This document shows, in pieces, positions 47,656 to 58,500 of a stretch of 64,000 bases of DNA. Below the pieces are notes generated by a model, which was not told the origin of the DNA, ran no database searches, and saw only the letters and a program-made list of their open reading frames with translations. The stretch is from an uncultured virus (IMG/VR IMGVR_UViG_3300027741_000049) (taxonomy: Duplodnaviria > Heunggongvirae > Uroviricota > Caudoviricetes): IMG/VR virus record IMGVR_UViG_3300027741_000049, one strand, 5' to 3'. The position numbers were made by a program, and so were the translations under genes. Position 1 is the first letter of the stretch. Every line of letters starts with the position of its first letter.

Positions 47656-49776
47656 TTAATAAGGATTAGCATAAGATTTCATTGTAATAGACTTGCCAAT
47701 TTGTATAGCAGCATTATTTTTATCTCTAATATATAATGTACCAGTCATAGTTCTGTCTACCATACCACCATTATAAAACTGTACAAATCCCATATATCCA
47801 TTTAAATCCCACCAACCACTATCCCACGAAGAACCTATAGGTCCATGACTTCCAGTAGCACTACTTATTCTTCCATAACTTAAAGTACAGCTATTGGGAA
47901 TACTATTAGCTATAATTTTAAATTCAAAACTTGAACTACCACCAGCAGTAGTTGGTGAAAACCATGTTGTTGGAGCAGTTCCGCCGCTATTATCCGAATA
48001 ATAATCTATAGTTCCATTTGTGTTTAATATTATTATGGAAGTGTCAGGAGTATAATTATAACCTTCTACGTTAATAATATTACCATTATTATATCCTAAT
48101 GTTACTGCACCACCTCCACCTCCACCTCCACCTCCACCGCTATATTCTTGACTACTATCAGTAACTATAACATCATTAGGACCAACAAGAACTATATAAA
48201 ACCAATAATTATAGCTTGTTGATGGATCTAAAAGTGAAACACTAACTCGAAATTGCTCAGTTCCTTCGGTTAAATTATCAGCAAGTAAAGGTACAGTAAA
48301 AATTCCTTGACCTGCTGAATTAATTGTAAAAGATCCCGAAATAGCAGTATAATCAGCAGCTTCTGTAGTATCAATATAAAGAAACCAATACAATACAGTA
48401 CCACTAGGTACATTTGTTGTACTAATACTAAATGAAACCGGGCCCTCATTAACAGTGGTTGGATAATCGGCCCATGCATACCCAGGTCTTTCGCGAATAG
48501 TAAAAATATCGCTTGTTTTAACTATTATACCAGATGTACTATTTTTACGAAGTTCAACTTGAAATGTTTGAGGTCCTTCAAATACATTGTCTTCACGTGG
48601 CTGTATATCAAATAATCCATAAACATAAACATTGATACTTCCACTAACTGCAACAAAGTCAGAATTATTTGTAGTTATATGTTTAATAGTCCAGTAATAG
48701 GTGCCATCAGGAACGCGAGCTCCTCCAACAAACATAGTATAGGAATCATTTTCAAGAAGATCATATACTCCATAAAGCGGTATTATAGCCCAAGAAGGAG
48801 TTATTATATAATAGTTAGCATTTGTTATCATTGCGGTATTATTTATCCAATTAATAGTTTTATCTGGATAAGGTCTACTTCCCTGACTCATTTGTCCAGA
48901 ATCGCTACCAAACCAACCACCACTACTAAACTCTTGATGATAAAAATATCCAGCTTTATAAGGTGTCCAGCCTGCTATTAATGTATTATTGGATCTTAAA
49001 CCATAAGTTTGAATATAAAATACCCACCATTGTGCTGTAGAGTAGTGTGTTTGTCCTTTTGAATTTTTATAACCGCCTTTAACTCTAGTACGCACACTTT
49101 GTGCAGTTGATGGAGCACTAAACATTAAGTCTGCACTAGGATCAGTTATGCCGTGATAATACGAGTTGTAAGTATTATCAGACTTAAAATTAAAATCTAA
49201 ATTTTGATCTTGCCAAGCATGAGGATAACTAGTTTCCGTTACAGGTGCTCCACCGTCACTAGGAAGTTGTGGAGGATATACATTTTGATCTGCCCACAAA
49301 ATTCCAAGTGGATCCTTACGACTGTCAAATCCAACAGTTATTCCATCACTTAAGTAAGTTATAATACCTGGACCTGTAGTATCCAGCTGAAGACCTGCAT
49401 TAGCATCAAGACGAGCATATGCCGCAGTAGTAAACGCATAAACTTCTGGAGGATAAGAACTAGTACCGTTTTGTATTATGTCTACATTCCAGACATTTAA
49501 ACCTCCTATATATTGTTTTATAATACCATACTGGTATATAGTATTTTTAGGTCTAATAAAAAATACAGGGTTTGAAGCATTAGGTAGTGTAATATTGAAA
49601 TAATGTATCCAAGAACCGCTTAAAAACGAACCATCTATAGCATAGTTTGGAAAATTTGTAGTAAGTGATTGTGTGCTATTTAAATATGTTGCACTACCTG
49701 CAAAATGTAGGCCTTGTATATCTGTAGATATAAGTATTTTTCCACTATTATTATAAGCTAATATTCCGTACGACAT
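47656..49776 (-). CDS. tail tip / receptor-binding-like protein with Calx-beta-like domains and poly-Gly linker
   Basis: MSYGI..YN..G start, D...EG...F.V motifs, SG9 linker before the C-terminal domain. Confidence 0.6.
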   Translation of the reverse strand: MSYGILAYNNSGKILISTDIQGLHFAGSATYLNSTQSLTTNFPNYAIDGSFLSGSWIHYFNITLPNASNPVFFIRPKNTIYQYGIIKQYIGGLNVWNVDIIQNGTSSYPPEVYAFTTAAYARLDANAGLQLDTTGPGIITYLSDGITVGFDSRKDPLGILWADQNVYPPQLPSDGGAPVTETSYPHAWQDQNLDFNFKSDNTYNSYYHGITDPSADLMFSAPSTAQSVRTRVKGGYKNSKGQTHYSTAQWWVFYIQTYGLRSNNTLIAGWTPYKAGYFYHQEFSSGGWFGSDSGQMSQGSRPYPDKTINWINNTAMITNANYYIITPSWAIIPLYGVYDLLENDSYTMFVGGARVPDGTYYWTIKHITTNNSDFVAVSGSINVYVYGLFDIQPREDNVFEGPQTFQVELRKNSTSGIIVKTSDIFTIRERPGYAWADYPTTVNEGPVSFSISTTNVPSGTVLYWFLYIDTTEAADYTAISGSFTINSAGQGIFTVPLLADNLTEGTEQFRVSVSLLDPSTSYNYWFYIVLVGPNDVIVTDSSQEYSGGGGGGGGGGAVTLGYNNGNIINVEGYNYTPDTSIIILNTNGTIDYYSDNSGGTAPTTWFSPTTAGGSSSFEFKIIANSIPNSCTLSYGRISSATGSHGPIGSSWDSGWWDLNGYMGFVQFYNGGMVDRTMTGTLYIRDKNNAAIQIGKSITMKSYANPY

Positions 49777-49777
49777 G

Positions 49778-50080
49778 CTATCTTCCTAAAATAACTACTA
49801 AACATTGAGTATTGCTATTAATTGAGTATACTATTTGAGAACTTAAATAAACTTGTATAGTGGGTAAATAGGCTTCCAAACTATCTGGAGGACTATTAAT
49901 TGGCGTTAATTGAACAGCATATTCAGTTAGTAAATTTGCTCCTGGAATATAATAACTAGTAGTTTGATTACTACCATTGTAGACTGGGCTAATAAAACTT
50001 CCCATATAGTTCCAAGTTTGTAGTGCTGTAGAAAAAAATACTGTGCCTTCAAAATTTCTTAATTCAATACCATAAGCCAT
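49778..50080 (-). CDS. small tail-tip accessory protein
   Basis: MAYGIELRN..G...F start, typical of small proteins downstream of central fibres. Confidence 0.55.
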   Translation of the reverse strand: MAYGIELRNFEGTVFFSTALQTWNYMGSFISPVYNGSNQTTSYYIPGANLLTEYAVQLTPINSPPDSLEAYLPTIQVYLSSQIVYSINSNTQCLVVILGR

Positions 50081-53000
50081 TAACTTAAATTCCCAATTTT
50101 AATTCTAGGAGTAGAAATAAGACCGTCATATACTAAAATTGTACTATTTGTGATCTCCATACGAGCACCAGTAGCGCTGCTTGTTGTTTCTAGTTTACCT
50201 TTAAATGTAATATCACTTGCTATTATTGAATTAGCAGATAATACCTCTGCACTTACAGTGCCTTTTACTAATAAATTACCATTGATAACTTGAGCAACAC
50301 TTAGCCAGTTAGAATTAGTACTATTCCAAAATTTAGTAGTTGCCCAATTAGGGCTTGCGCTAGTGCTATACTGTGTTAGAGTATCATTTAAAACTTTTGT
50401 ACCGCCATAGTAATTAGTAAAATAAGTATTTGCAGTTGCATCGGACCAACTAGTAGCTGTTAGTGCATTTACATATACACTAACGCTTCCTCTTTGACCT
50501 GCTGTACCGTTTGAACCATCTTTACCAGATGTACCATTTGAGCCAGATGTACCATCCGCGCCAACACTAGCATTAGGTAAAAATCTAATATTTTTAACAC
50601 CTGCACCCGGAGTATAAAAAGTAACACTAGCGTAAAATTTAAATGCGCTACCGTATGTACCAGGTACCGTTCTTGCTAATACTCCATCTCTGTAATACCT
50701 TATGTCTTTATTATCATAAATAATACTTAATACTGTATTAGTAGTATAAGTAGTAATACCTGTAAATGTTTTTGCAGCACCTAATTCATAGATTGCTAAA
50801 CTACCGCTTAAACATACCCAACCATAATCAATTAAGCTAAAAGTATCATAAACACTACTTTGCGTTTTTGTTAAACCTACAGCTAACTGATTAAATGCAC
50901 TAGATGCCTGAAAACTAATACTAGCGCCAGCTACAAAACTTTCTAAACTATAAGCACCAGTATCCCAACCAGTAGATACACCAGCAAGTTTTTTAAGTTC
51001 TGTGCCACTAACAATCTGAGTATTGCTATAGCCACTAACTTGCCAAGTTACACCAGCTGAAGTATAGATAGTTTGTGGAATATTTTTTATAACAGTCCAG
51101 TCTACCGTACCACTACTAATTATTGCCGTACCAGTAGTATCATAAATATTAAGTCCGGTACCATTCCATTCCATTCTACTACCAGTAGCATTACCAATAG
51201 TTACAACACCTTTAGTGTTGATTTTTAAATTAGCACCATCCCAACTCAGGTAGTCTGAAGCAGGATTTCCTAATCGCATAGTACCACCTACATTAAAGTA
51301 GTAACCTGCACCGGTTGTTGAAGTTACAGCAGCAGCACTAGCTCCACCTTTAAGACTACCACTTACATATAAGTCGCCAGTATTTACAGTAATAGCACTT
51401 AAATTTCCTACTTTTAGTGCACTAATATAAGGAAAACCCCAAGTTACATTTGCACCAGTTACATAAATGCCATCACTTTGATAAAGAGTATTACCTTCTG
51501 CAATTGTAGTAGGAGCAGTTGTTGTCCATGTAATACCACTAAACCAAGTATTAACAGGTGGTAAACTATCACCATTAGTTGTAGTAAAAGTACTAGGTGA
51601 ACTAGCTGGAGTACTTGCACTTGCAACAAGTGCATAAGCTCGTCTAGCGCTATTGCCTACGTCGCCTTTGGGTCCATCAGTTACTACAGTTATACCTTGT
51701 GTATCTACAGGTATACCTCCTAAACTAGGATTTGCAGTATAAATACTTGCTGTAATCTTTGTAGTGCCTGCAGGTATTGAATATGTATAATTAATCTGAG
51801 AACTGGTAGAACTTGTTGTTGCTGTGCCGCTGCCATTTAAAAATATGCTGAACCAAAAAGCTTCTGCAGTAACTGTACCATTAATATTTTTTCTACCACT
51901 AAATGTAATTGATGTTGGTGTATATACATTAGCAGTACTTTTTACAACAGTATTAGTATCTGATACTAAATAATAAACAATACCAGGATTACCTGTAGGT
52001 GCTTTAGCAAATGTTTGTTTTGCTAAATAGGTAAATAAAGTACCACTATAAGTTTTTCCACGTAATGTAAATAGTAAACTACCTGTAGCATTTTTGTCAA
52101 AAGTTGCTGATACTAAATTACTGTAGCTAACTCCTTGAGCACCTTGTTCAGTTATTAAAGTTTGCGTACCACCTACTACTCCATCATACGCGTTATTGTC
52201 AACAATAGTCCAACTACTAAAAGTCGCGCTAGCTGTAGCAATAGTAACTGTAATATTTAGAAGAGTGCCCGCATAACTACTAATAGTACCAATCATATAG
52301 TAATCAGGATTAGCGGTACTATATACTCTTACTGTTTTACCTACTGTAAAATAACTAGGTATACCCGCAGCAGATTGTGAAAGATTAACACTAAATGTTT
52401 TAGGGGTATCACTAATAGTTACACTAGTAGTACTTGTTAAACTATAACTAGTTTCTACTACATACTGACCATTGCTAAAAGTACTAGCAGAATTAGTAGT
52501 TTGAGCAATTGCTATTAAAGGCGTAGTGCCATCATAAGCAAATAGTTTAGAGCCACTATTAGTAAAATTTCTACTACTAGTAGTATCTTGATAATCACAA
52601 GGTATATTGTGTGAACCGTTAACTAATTCAACATTAATTGCGCTAACACCATATACTGATACTAGTTGTATGATTCCTTTATCCCAATATACTGTTGTAG
52701 TAGTATCGGTACTATTAGCTGTTAAATCTACAGTAAATTTATATAGTGCTAATCCTGTTTGTGCTGCAGGAATAGTGGTTTGCCAACCATTTAATGTAGT
52801 ACTTGCAGTATTAAGTGTACGAGTACTCCATGTATATCCAGCACTACCTAGAGGTACTGATAGTGTACTGCCGGGTACAGCATTTATGTATAGTACTGCT
52901 AAATCTGTTTTTACAAATTCATTGCTAGTAGTAGTTACTTCGGTTATTTTATAATTAGTGGTCCAAGTAATGCTGGATAATCTTTGAGGGTTAATAGCAT

Positions 53001-54027
53001 TACTAATATCAGGGGTAGTGTCTTGTTGAATACTTTTAGTAATTCTCCACAGACGCCAATTAGCATTGCTTGTGGGTCTTGGTTGTGGTGTAATATACCA
53101 AGCATCATCATTAATTATAACGCCACCAGCATCATATAAAATACTAGGACTATATACATGTGTTTGAGTCAACCAAGTATATGAGCTAGTTGTTCGGGGT
53201 AGATGACTATTAGTACTAGGATCTGATATATCCCAGCGATATAGACTAATTGTACCTGTTTGTATAGAGGCACTACCACCCTTATTTTTATTTAAACTAA
53301 AAGTAGTAGAGTATGCACTATTATTTCTAGTTGCGGTTACATTAAAATTTATACTGTCTTGAGTCCAAGAACCTGTACTGGTTTCTTGGTACTGCAAAAT
53401 TCCACTAGTACTTACCCATAATCTAATACCACCCTGAACTGTAGGGCTAGCACTAGTAGGTGTATAAGTAATATTATCAGTTAGTTTTACAACGCCATTA
53501 TAAAGCTCTAGATTAATGGCATTATTAGATAGTAGTTGATCAGCTGTACTTAATAGTACATAACCTGTACCATTACTATCAGTACTGTAATATTTAACAT
53601 TTTGAGTTAGTTTAGCCTCTAGGTTTCTGTAAAATTTTTGAATAGAAACTTGTGTGGCTGTATAAGTTACGCCTTGATAGACTACATTAGCATTAATTGT
53701 AGCTAATTCTCCCGTCATATCGGCTGGGTATACTTTAATACTATTACTAGTAGGTTTTTCAAATATAACACTAGTGCCGGCAGTACCAGCAGTACCGTTA
53801 ATACTATTGGCTTTAATGCCTGTACTTGTAAACGTAATATTACCAGTTAAATTACCTACTAAATTAGCAGTAATAAGAGAAAATGTAGGTTGAGCTATGC
53901 CATCAGCACCATAATTAAATTGCTGAGTAGTTATGCTTAAATAAATATAATTTGTACCTACGCCAAAAACTCTTGGAACTAATAGTTGTAGCAGCTGGTC
54001 TCTTGAATTAACTGGTGTAGTTGCCAT
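50080..54027 (-). CDS. central tail fibre / host specificity protein
   Basis: 1315 aa; LKVGNLSAITVNTG.L, INGNLLV.GTV.A, terminal GARMEI....I.VYDG....RIKIGNL. Confidence 0.7.
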   Translation of the reverse strand: MATTPVNSRDQLLQLLVPRVFGVGTNYIYLSITTQQFNYGADGIAQPTFSLITANLVGNLTGNITFTSTGIKANSINGTAGTAGTSVIFEKPTSNSIKVYPADMTGELATINANVVYQGVTYTATQVSIQKFYRNLEAKLTQNVKYYSTDSNGTGYVLLSTADQLLSNNAINLELYNGVVKLTDNITYTPTSASPTVQGGIRLWVSTSGILQYQETSTGSWTQDSINFNVTATRNNSAYSTTFSLNKNKGGSASIQTGTISLYRWDISDPSTNSHLPRTTSSYTWLTQTHVYSPSILYDAGGVIINDDAWYITPQPRPTSNANWRLWRITKSIQQDTTPDISNAINPQRLSSITWTTNYKITEVTTTSNEFVKTDLAVLYINAVPGSTLSVPLGSAGYTWSTRTLNTASTTLNGWQTTIPAAQTGLALYKFTVDLTANSTDTTTTVYWDKGIIQLVSVYGVSAINVELVNGSHNIPCDYQDTTSSRNFTNSGSKLFAYDGTTPLIAIAQTTNSASTFSNGQYVVETSYSLTSTTSVTISDTPKTFSVNLSQSAAGIPSYFTVGKTVRVYSTANPDYYMIGTISSYAGTLLNITVTIATASATFSSWTIVDNNAYDGVVGGTQTLITEQGAQGVSYSNLVSATFDKNATGSLLFTLRGKTYSGTLFTYLAKQTFAKAPTGNPGIVYYLVSDTNTVVKSTANVYTPTSITFSGRKNINGTVTAEAFWFSIFLNGSGTATTSSTSSQINYTYSIPAGTTKITASIYTANPSLGGIPVDTQGITVVTDGPKGDVGNSARRAYALVASASTPASSPSTFTTTNGDSLPPVNTWFSGITWTTTAPTTIAEGNTLYQSDGIYVTGANVTWGFPYISALKVGNLSAITVNTGDLYVSGSLKGGASAAAVTSTTGAGYYFNVGGTMRLGNPASDYLSWDGANLKINTKGVVTIGNATGSRMEWNGTGLNIYDTTGTAIISSGTVDWTVIKNIPQTIYTSAGVTWQVSGYSNTQIVSGTELKKLAGVSTGWDTGAYSLESFVAGASISFQASSAFNQLAVGLTKTQSSVYDTFSLIDYGWVCLSGSLAIYELGAAKTFTGITTYTTNTVLSIIYDNKDIRYYRDGVLARTVPGTYGSAFKFYASVTFYTPGAGVKNIRFLPNASVGADGTSGSNGTSGKDGSNGTAGQRGSVSVYVNALTATSWSDATANTYFTNYYGGTKVLNDTLTQYSTSASPNWATTKFWNSTNSNWLSVAQVINGNLLVKGTVSAEVLSANSIIASDITFKGKLETTSSATGARMEITNSTILVYDGLISTPRIKIGNLS

Positions 54028-55584
54028 TTAGATTAAAACTCCTATTTGTACCATTCCGGTAATCCAGTTTCTATTTACACTATAGACTATACCAGGCTTA
54101 CCATTTTGTAGATTAAATCTACTAGAGGTTAGTTTAACTATGTCGCCAAGTTGTGTAAACAAGTAGTGTGGCAAATAACTTGCAGTTATTAAAAATCTAG
54201 GTACTTGCCAAAGACTTAGTCGTTTGTTAGCTTCTGTATCCGCTTCGCTAGATACAATAAGCAGTGTAGGTACTTCGTCTACAGTACCTGCATCTCTATA
54301 TAGCTGTTTGTTAGCAGCATTTTCTTGTGTACTGTAAAAGTACTCTACATCAAAGTTACTAGCAGAATTTACTGCATCACCTACAGTTTGTTGAATAGTA
54401 AAATTCTTACAATATCCTAGTTTAATATTAGGTTTTATTGGAAATATTTCAGTAACTGCCTGACTACCTTGTACTAAATAGTCATCAGTTAATTCATATT
54501 GTACATTAGCTAGTAGTGGTTCTTTAAGTTCTACTAATTTTAATTTACTGCTACTAATTACTCCACTAATATCAACTGTTATACTAGGACAAATCAAGCT
54601 ACTATTAATACTACTAGCTAGTTGATTACATACTTCAAGCATATTTATTTTGTCTTTAATATAAATACCTACTTTTCTAGTATCTGCTGCAAAATCTAAA
54701 TCAGCAGTAGTAAATCTATTTGCTGCAACAGTTCCGTACTTATTGCTAGTAGCTATTTTACTAATTATGCCTGGCACAGTATTGCTGTAACCACCAGTAC
54801 TATCGCCTTGTACACTACAAGTAATAGTACTAATTGGTGGTTGTTGTAGTGTAAAAATACCAGAACTAATATTTTCTGTTATAGCAATAGGTGCACCACC
54901 ATCTCTAACTTCTATAATTCCTTCAACTGGGCCGTCGTGCATCATATAAATATTACCATTACCACTAGTACCGGTTGCAGTAATACCATTGTCGACTAAT
55001 AGTGGTTGTATATTAAAACATTCGCCTAGTGTAATTGGCAACAGTGTTTCATTTTTTGTAACTATGCCACCAGTAACAGTTTTTGATGCTTCGCTGTAAC
55101 TATAACCACTACTGTATAAAGTTTTTTCAGTTAAGGAATCATTTAATCTTTGTAATTTATTATATAAGCTAAGTACTAGTTCATTTTCACCATTACTGGT
55201 TAAGTCTTGTACTAAACCATCAAATATTAATACAAAGTCACTTTTAACCCAACTGGGATCACCTAAGTAAATTTTAATAGGTCTACGATTCCAGATATAA
55301 GTTAAAAATTGATCATTAATACCAAATGTATTTACTAAGTTAATACTACCAAATCCTAGATTAGCGCTACCTCCATCTGCATTTAGTTGTTCAGTAAAAT
55401 CTAACCCGCCTTGAACACAAGCATTATATGCAATAGTACCATCATGATAAGCTAAACTAGAAAAGTTTAAAGTAACCCCACTAGTAGTACTAGTGGGTGT
55501 TACTACATTATCAATATCTAGTAATGTGCATTTAATATGCCCCGGTGTATTAAACCATTGTATTACTTGATCTTTTGTTTTCAT
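54028..55584 (-). CDS. tail hub/baseplate protein
   Basis: Directly after the tape measure; R.IKIYLGD..W...DF..IF.G, P..LGEC.NI.P.LVD, LGD.V.L...RF.L..GK.G. Confidence 0.65.
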   Translation of the reverse strand: MKTKDQVIQWFNTPGHIKCTLLDIDNVVTPTSTTSGVTLNFSSLAYHDGTIAYNACVQGGLDFTEQLNADGGSANLGFGSINLVNTFGINDQFLTYIWNRRPIKIYLGDPSWVKSDFVLIFDGLVQDLTSNGENELVLSLYNKLQRLNDSLTEKTLYSSGYSYSEASKTVTGGIVTKNETLLPITLGECFNIQPLLVDNGITATGTSGNGNIYMMHDGPVEGIIEVRDGGAPIAITENISSGIFTLQQPPISTITCSVQGDSTGGYSNTVPGIISKIATSNKYGTVAANRFTTADLDFAADTRKVGIYIKDKINMLEVCNQLASSINSSLICPSITVDISGVISSSKLKLVELKEPLLANVQYELTDDYLVQGSQAVTEIFPIKPNIKLGYCKNFTIQQTVGDAVNSASNFDVEYFYSTQENAANKQLYRDAGTVDEVPTLLIVSSEADTEANKRLSLWQVPRFLITASYLPHYLFTQLGDIVKLTSSRFNLQNGKPGIVYSVNRNWITGMVQIGVLI

Positions 55585-58500
55585 TTAATAACAGCCCTTG
55601 TTTGAAGTCTTGTAGATTGAATAGTTCTGTCCGCACCTACACCAATTGCTGCAGCAATTTCTTCAGTATTGCGATTAGTTGCTTGTGCATTAATTACAGC
55701 ACCATCAATAATTGCTTGTTGTAAGTTACCAATTTTTTCATTTAATAGTTTTATTTCTTGTACCATTTGTGTGTTATTAATAACTAACTGCTGATTATCT
55801 GCTGCAGGAATAATTCGTTCACCACGATGAATTTCTGCAACCATATTGTAGGGAACATAATTTGTACCTTGAGCAAGTTTAGGTATTCCTATTAGCTGAG
55901 TATCACCAGCATTGGTAGCTGCAGTATTGTAAGTATTAATAGAAGCTAAATAATCAGCAATTAAGTCTGAAGTAGTTTTTGAATTAGCATCAATATTTTT
56001 CAAGAAATTATTGCTGCTTTGAAGCTCATCTAGTTGTAGTTGAACATCAGTTTTGCGCTTTTCTAAGTCTGCTTTTGTAGCATCTATATAGCCAAGCACT
56101 AATGCTTGATCTACACTGTATTGTGCGCTGCTATTATAAAGTTGACGAGATAGTGTAAGTACCTGGTCACTAGCACCTTGAAGCTTTCCTAGCGCAGTAT
56201 TACGTTGTTCTTCAGTTGCGGTTGTACTAGTAGCTGTTTGATATAATTCAGTAAGATTCTTTTTAGCTAATTGATATTGATCTACTGCAGTAAGTGTGGA
56301 CTTATCACCAATCATTAGTGACTGCTTGTAGTCAGTTAAACTAGTAATTTGTGATTTCATAGTTTTAGTAACATCATTTAGTCTAGTTTGCAATGTTTTA
56401 GCGGCTGTTTGCATATCTTGCATTGCAAATATTTGACGTTGCAGTGCTTGATTGGTTGAGTCTAATTTGCTTATGTCTATGTCTTGTAGCTGTTCAGCAG
56501 TTAAACGCAATTGATCTAATTTACTTACTAAACCTTGTCGTTCATCACTGATCTTTTTAGCTGCGGACTCAGCAGCATCAGCTACTTTGTCAAATCCACT
56601 AGCAATATCAAGTAATAAAGTATAAGTTTCAGCAGTAGATTTACCTGCACGTCCAGCAGCAGGATTAAAAAGATCAAAGTTTTGAATTAAACCTTTAAGT
56701 TCTTCACGACTAATATCAGCACTATAGCCTAAATCAGTTAGACCTTTGCGATATGCTTTATTAATTGGCTCTAATTGTTCTGCTTCGGTTAAAAAGTTTG
56801 ATCTAAAGTTTTCTACTTTATCTAAAAAGTTATCTAGTCCATCAGAAGCTTTTACTAGTGCTTCGGTTATATCATTGGTTAGTTTATCAATGTCTACTGT
56901 TCTGGTTTTCCAAGTAGCATAGCTACCAGTAATAAGCCCAAAAAAAGTACTATTTTCAGTAACGTCTAAAAAGGCTTGTTGCATTTGACCACTAATGCTA
57001 GTACCAATATTTTTAATAGCTTGATTAACCTTGGTGTTGGTATCTACTACACGCACCACAGTTTGTAGCATACCTTCACCAAACTTAGCAAATTTTTCAA
57101 ACTCGCTAAATATTGCAAGTGTGGCGTCGTCTAGTACAGCACCTATTACATTACTAAGTGCTTTATTAAAGTCTTCACCAGTTAATCCACGCAGTGAAAC
57201 TAACTCATCTACTTTAACACCAGCCATTCCCCTTTCAATCTCAGCAGGCAGTTTACCCGCCTTTTCACCAATACTGTAAAGCAAGTCTCCGGCATAATCA
57301 AAAGCGTTTCGTAAAGCTGCTTCAGCTTTAGGGTCTAGCATACCAAAATTTGTTCCAACGCTAGTCTTACTGCTACTGCCAATGCCAAGAAAGCCACTAC
57401 TTTTAGTAGTTGTGCTTACTGTTTCAAAGGTTTGAATTACTCCATTACCAGCTCTAGCAAGCTCTGAAAAAGTACCTGCTATTTTTATGCCACTATCAAT
57501 AATGCTACGAGTTGTTGTTTTGCCAAATAAACCACTAATACCAAACCATCCTCCGCTACTATTGGCACCTTCTACAGTACCAAAAGCAGTGCCACTACGT
57601 AGTCCTTTGACTCCAAAAAGTGCTTGAGCAGATTCTGTTAGTGCATCACGTAATCCTTTTAAGGCATTAAGCATTTTATTATCGTAGTCTAAGCCATCTA
57701 CACTATTTTCAGCAATTATTTTTAACGAATTGTTAATAGATTCACTTTTTGCAGTTTCATCGCCAAATACTCCACGACGTACCTGTACTTTTTCACCAGC
57801 AGCATTATAACCCATAGCAGTGCCTTGAGTTTCTTGACGCATTTCTGCTGTAACCATTGGAGGCGCTTTACTACTGCCGCCTTTACCACCAAAAGAAGAC
57901 AATAATAGTGCTACTAAGCCCGCACCTACTATACCACCTATAGGAAAGGGTAGTTTGCCTAAAGTTTGCCCCCAAATATCTGTAATATAAGCTGGCAAAC
58001 GAGCAGTCGTACCACCTACTGCAGCTGCAGTAGTTCCTGCCTCAGTAGTTAGTTTACTAGCTAATACCATAACATTTGTAGCTACTTGTGCAAGTGCTAA
58101 TGCTTTTTCTACGGCGGCAAATATTTTATATGCTGCTGTTTTTTCTTTAAACATTTTTTTAGTTGAACTTATAGCAGCTAAATCACCTTTTAACTCTTCT
58201 TTGTTATTTTTCTTTTTATCGTCTGCCATTTTATTTTGCAGGTCAATAATACTCTGTTCATCTGCGCTGCTATCGCCTTTCAAAGCATCTAGCTTCTTTT
58301 GATCTTCTACTTGCGCTTTGGAAAATTTTTCTTGTCTAATATTGTTTTCAGTTAGTCTGGTAACCGTGTCGCCAAGGGCTTCGCCAACTGCTTTAACTTT
58401 ATCACCAAATAGTCCAAAAGTATCTTTTAAATTTGTAGATAACTCATTAGATAGTGACAGCATTTCATTGTACTTTATTTGCTCAAGTGTTAGCTGTTGT

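Noticed and set aside
32758..55584. High frequency of ACTAGT/CTAG
   Set aside because: Explained by Thr-Ser (ACT AGT) codon pairs and CTA usage; cannot be shown to be anomalous without computation.
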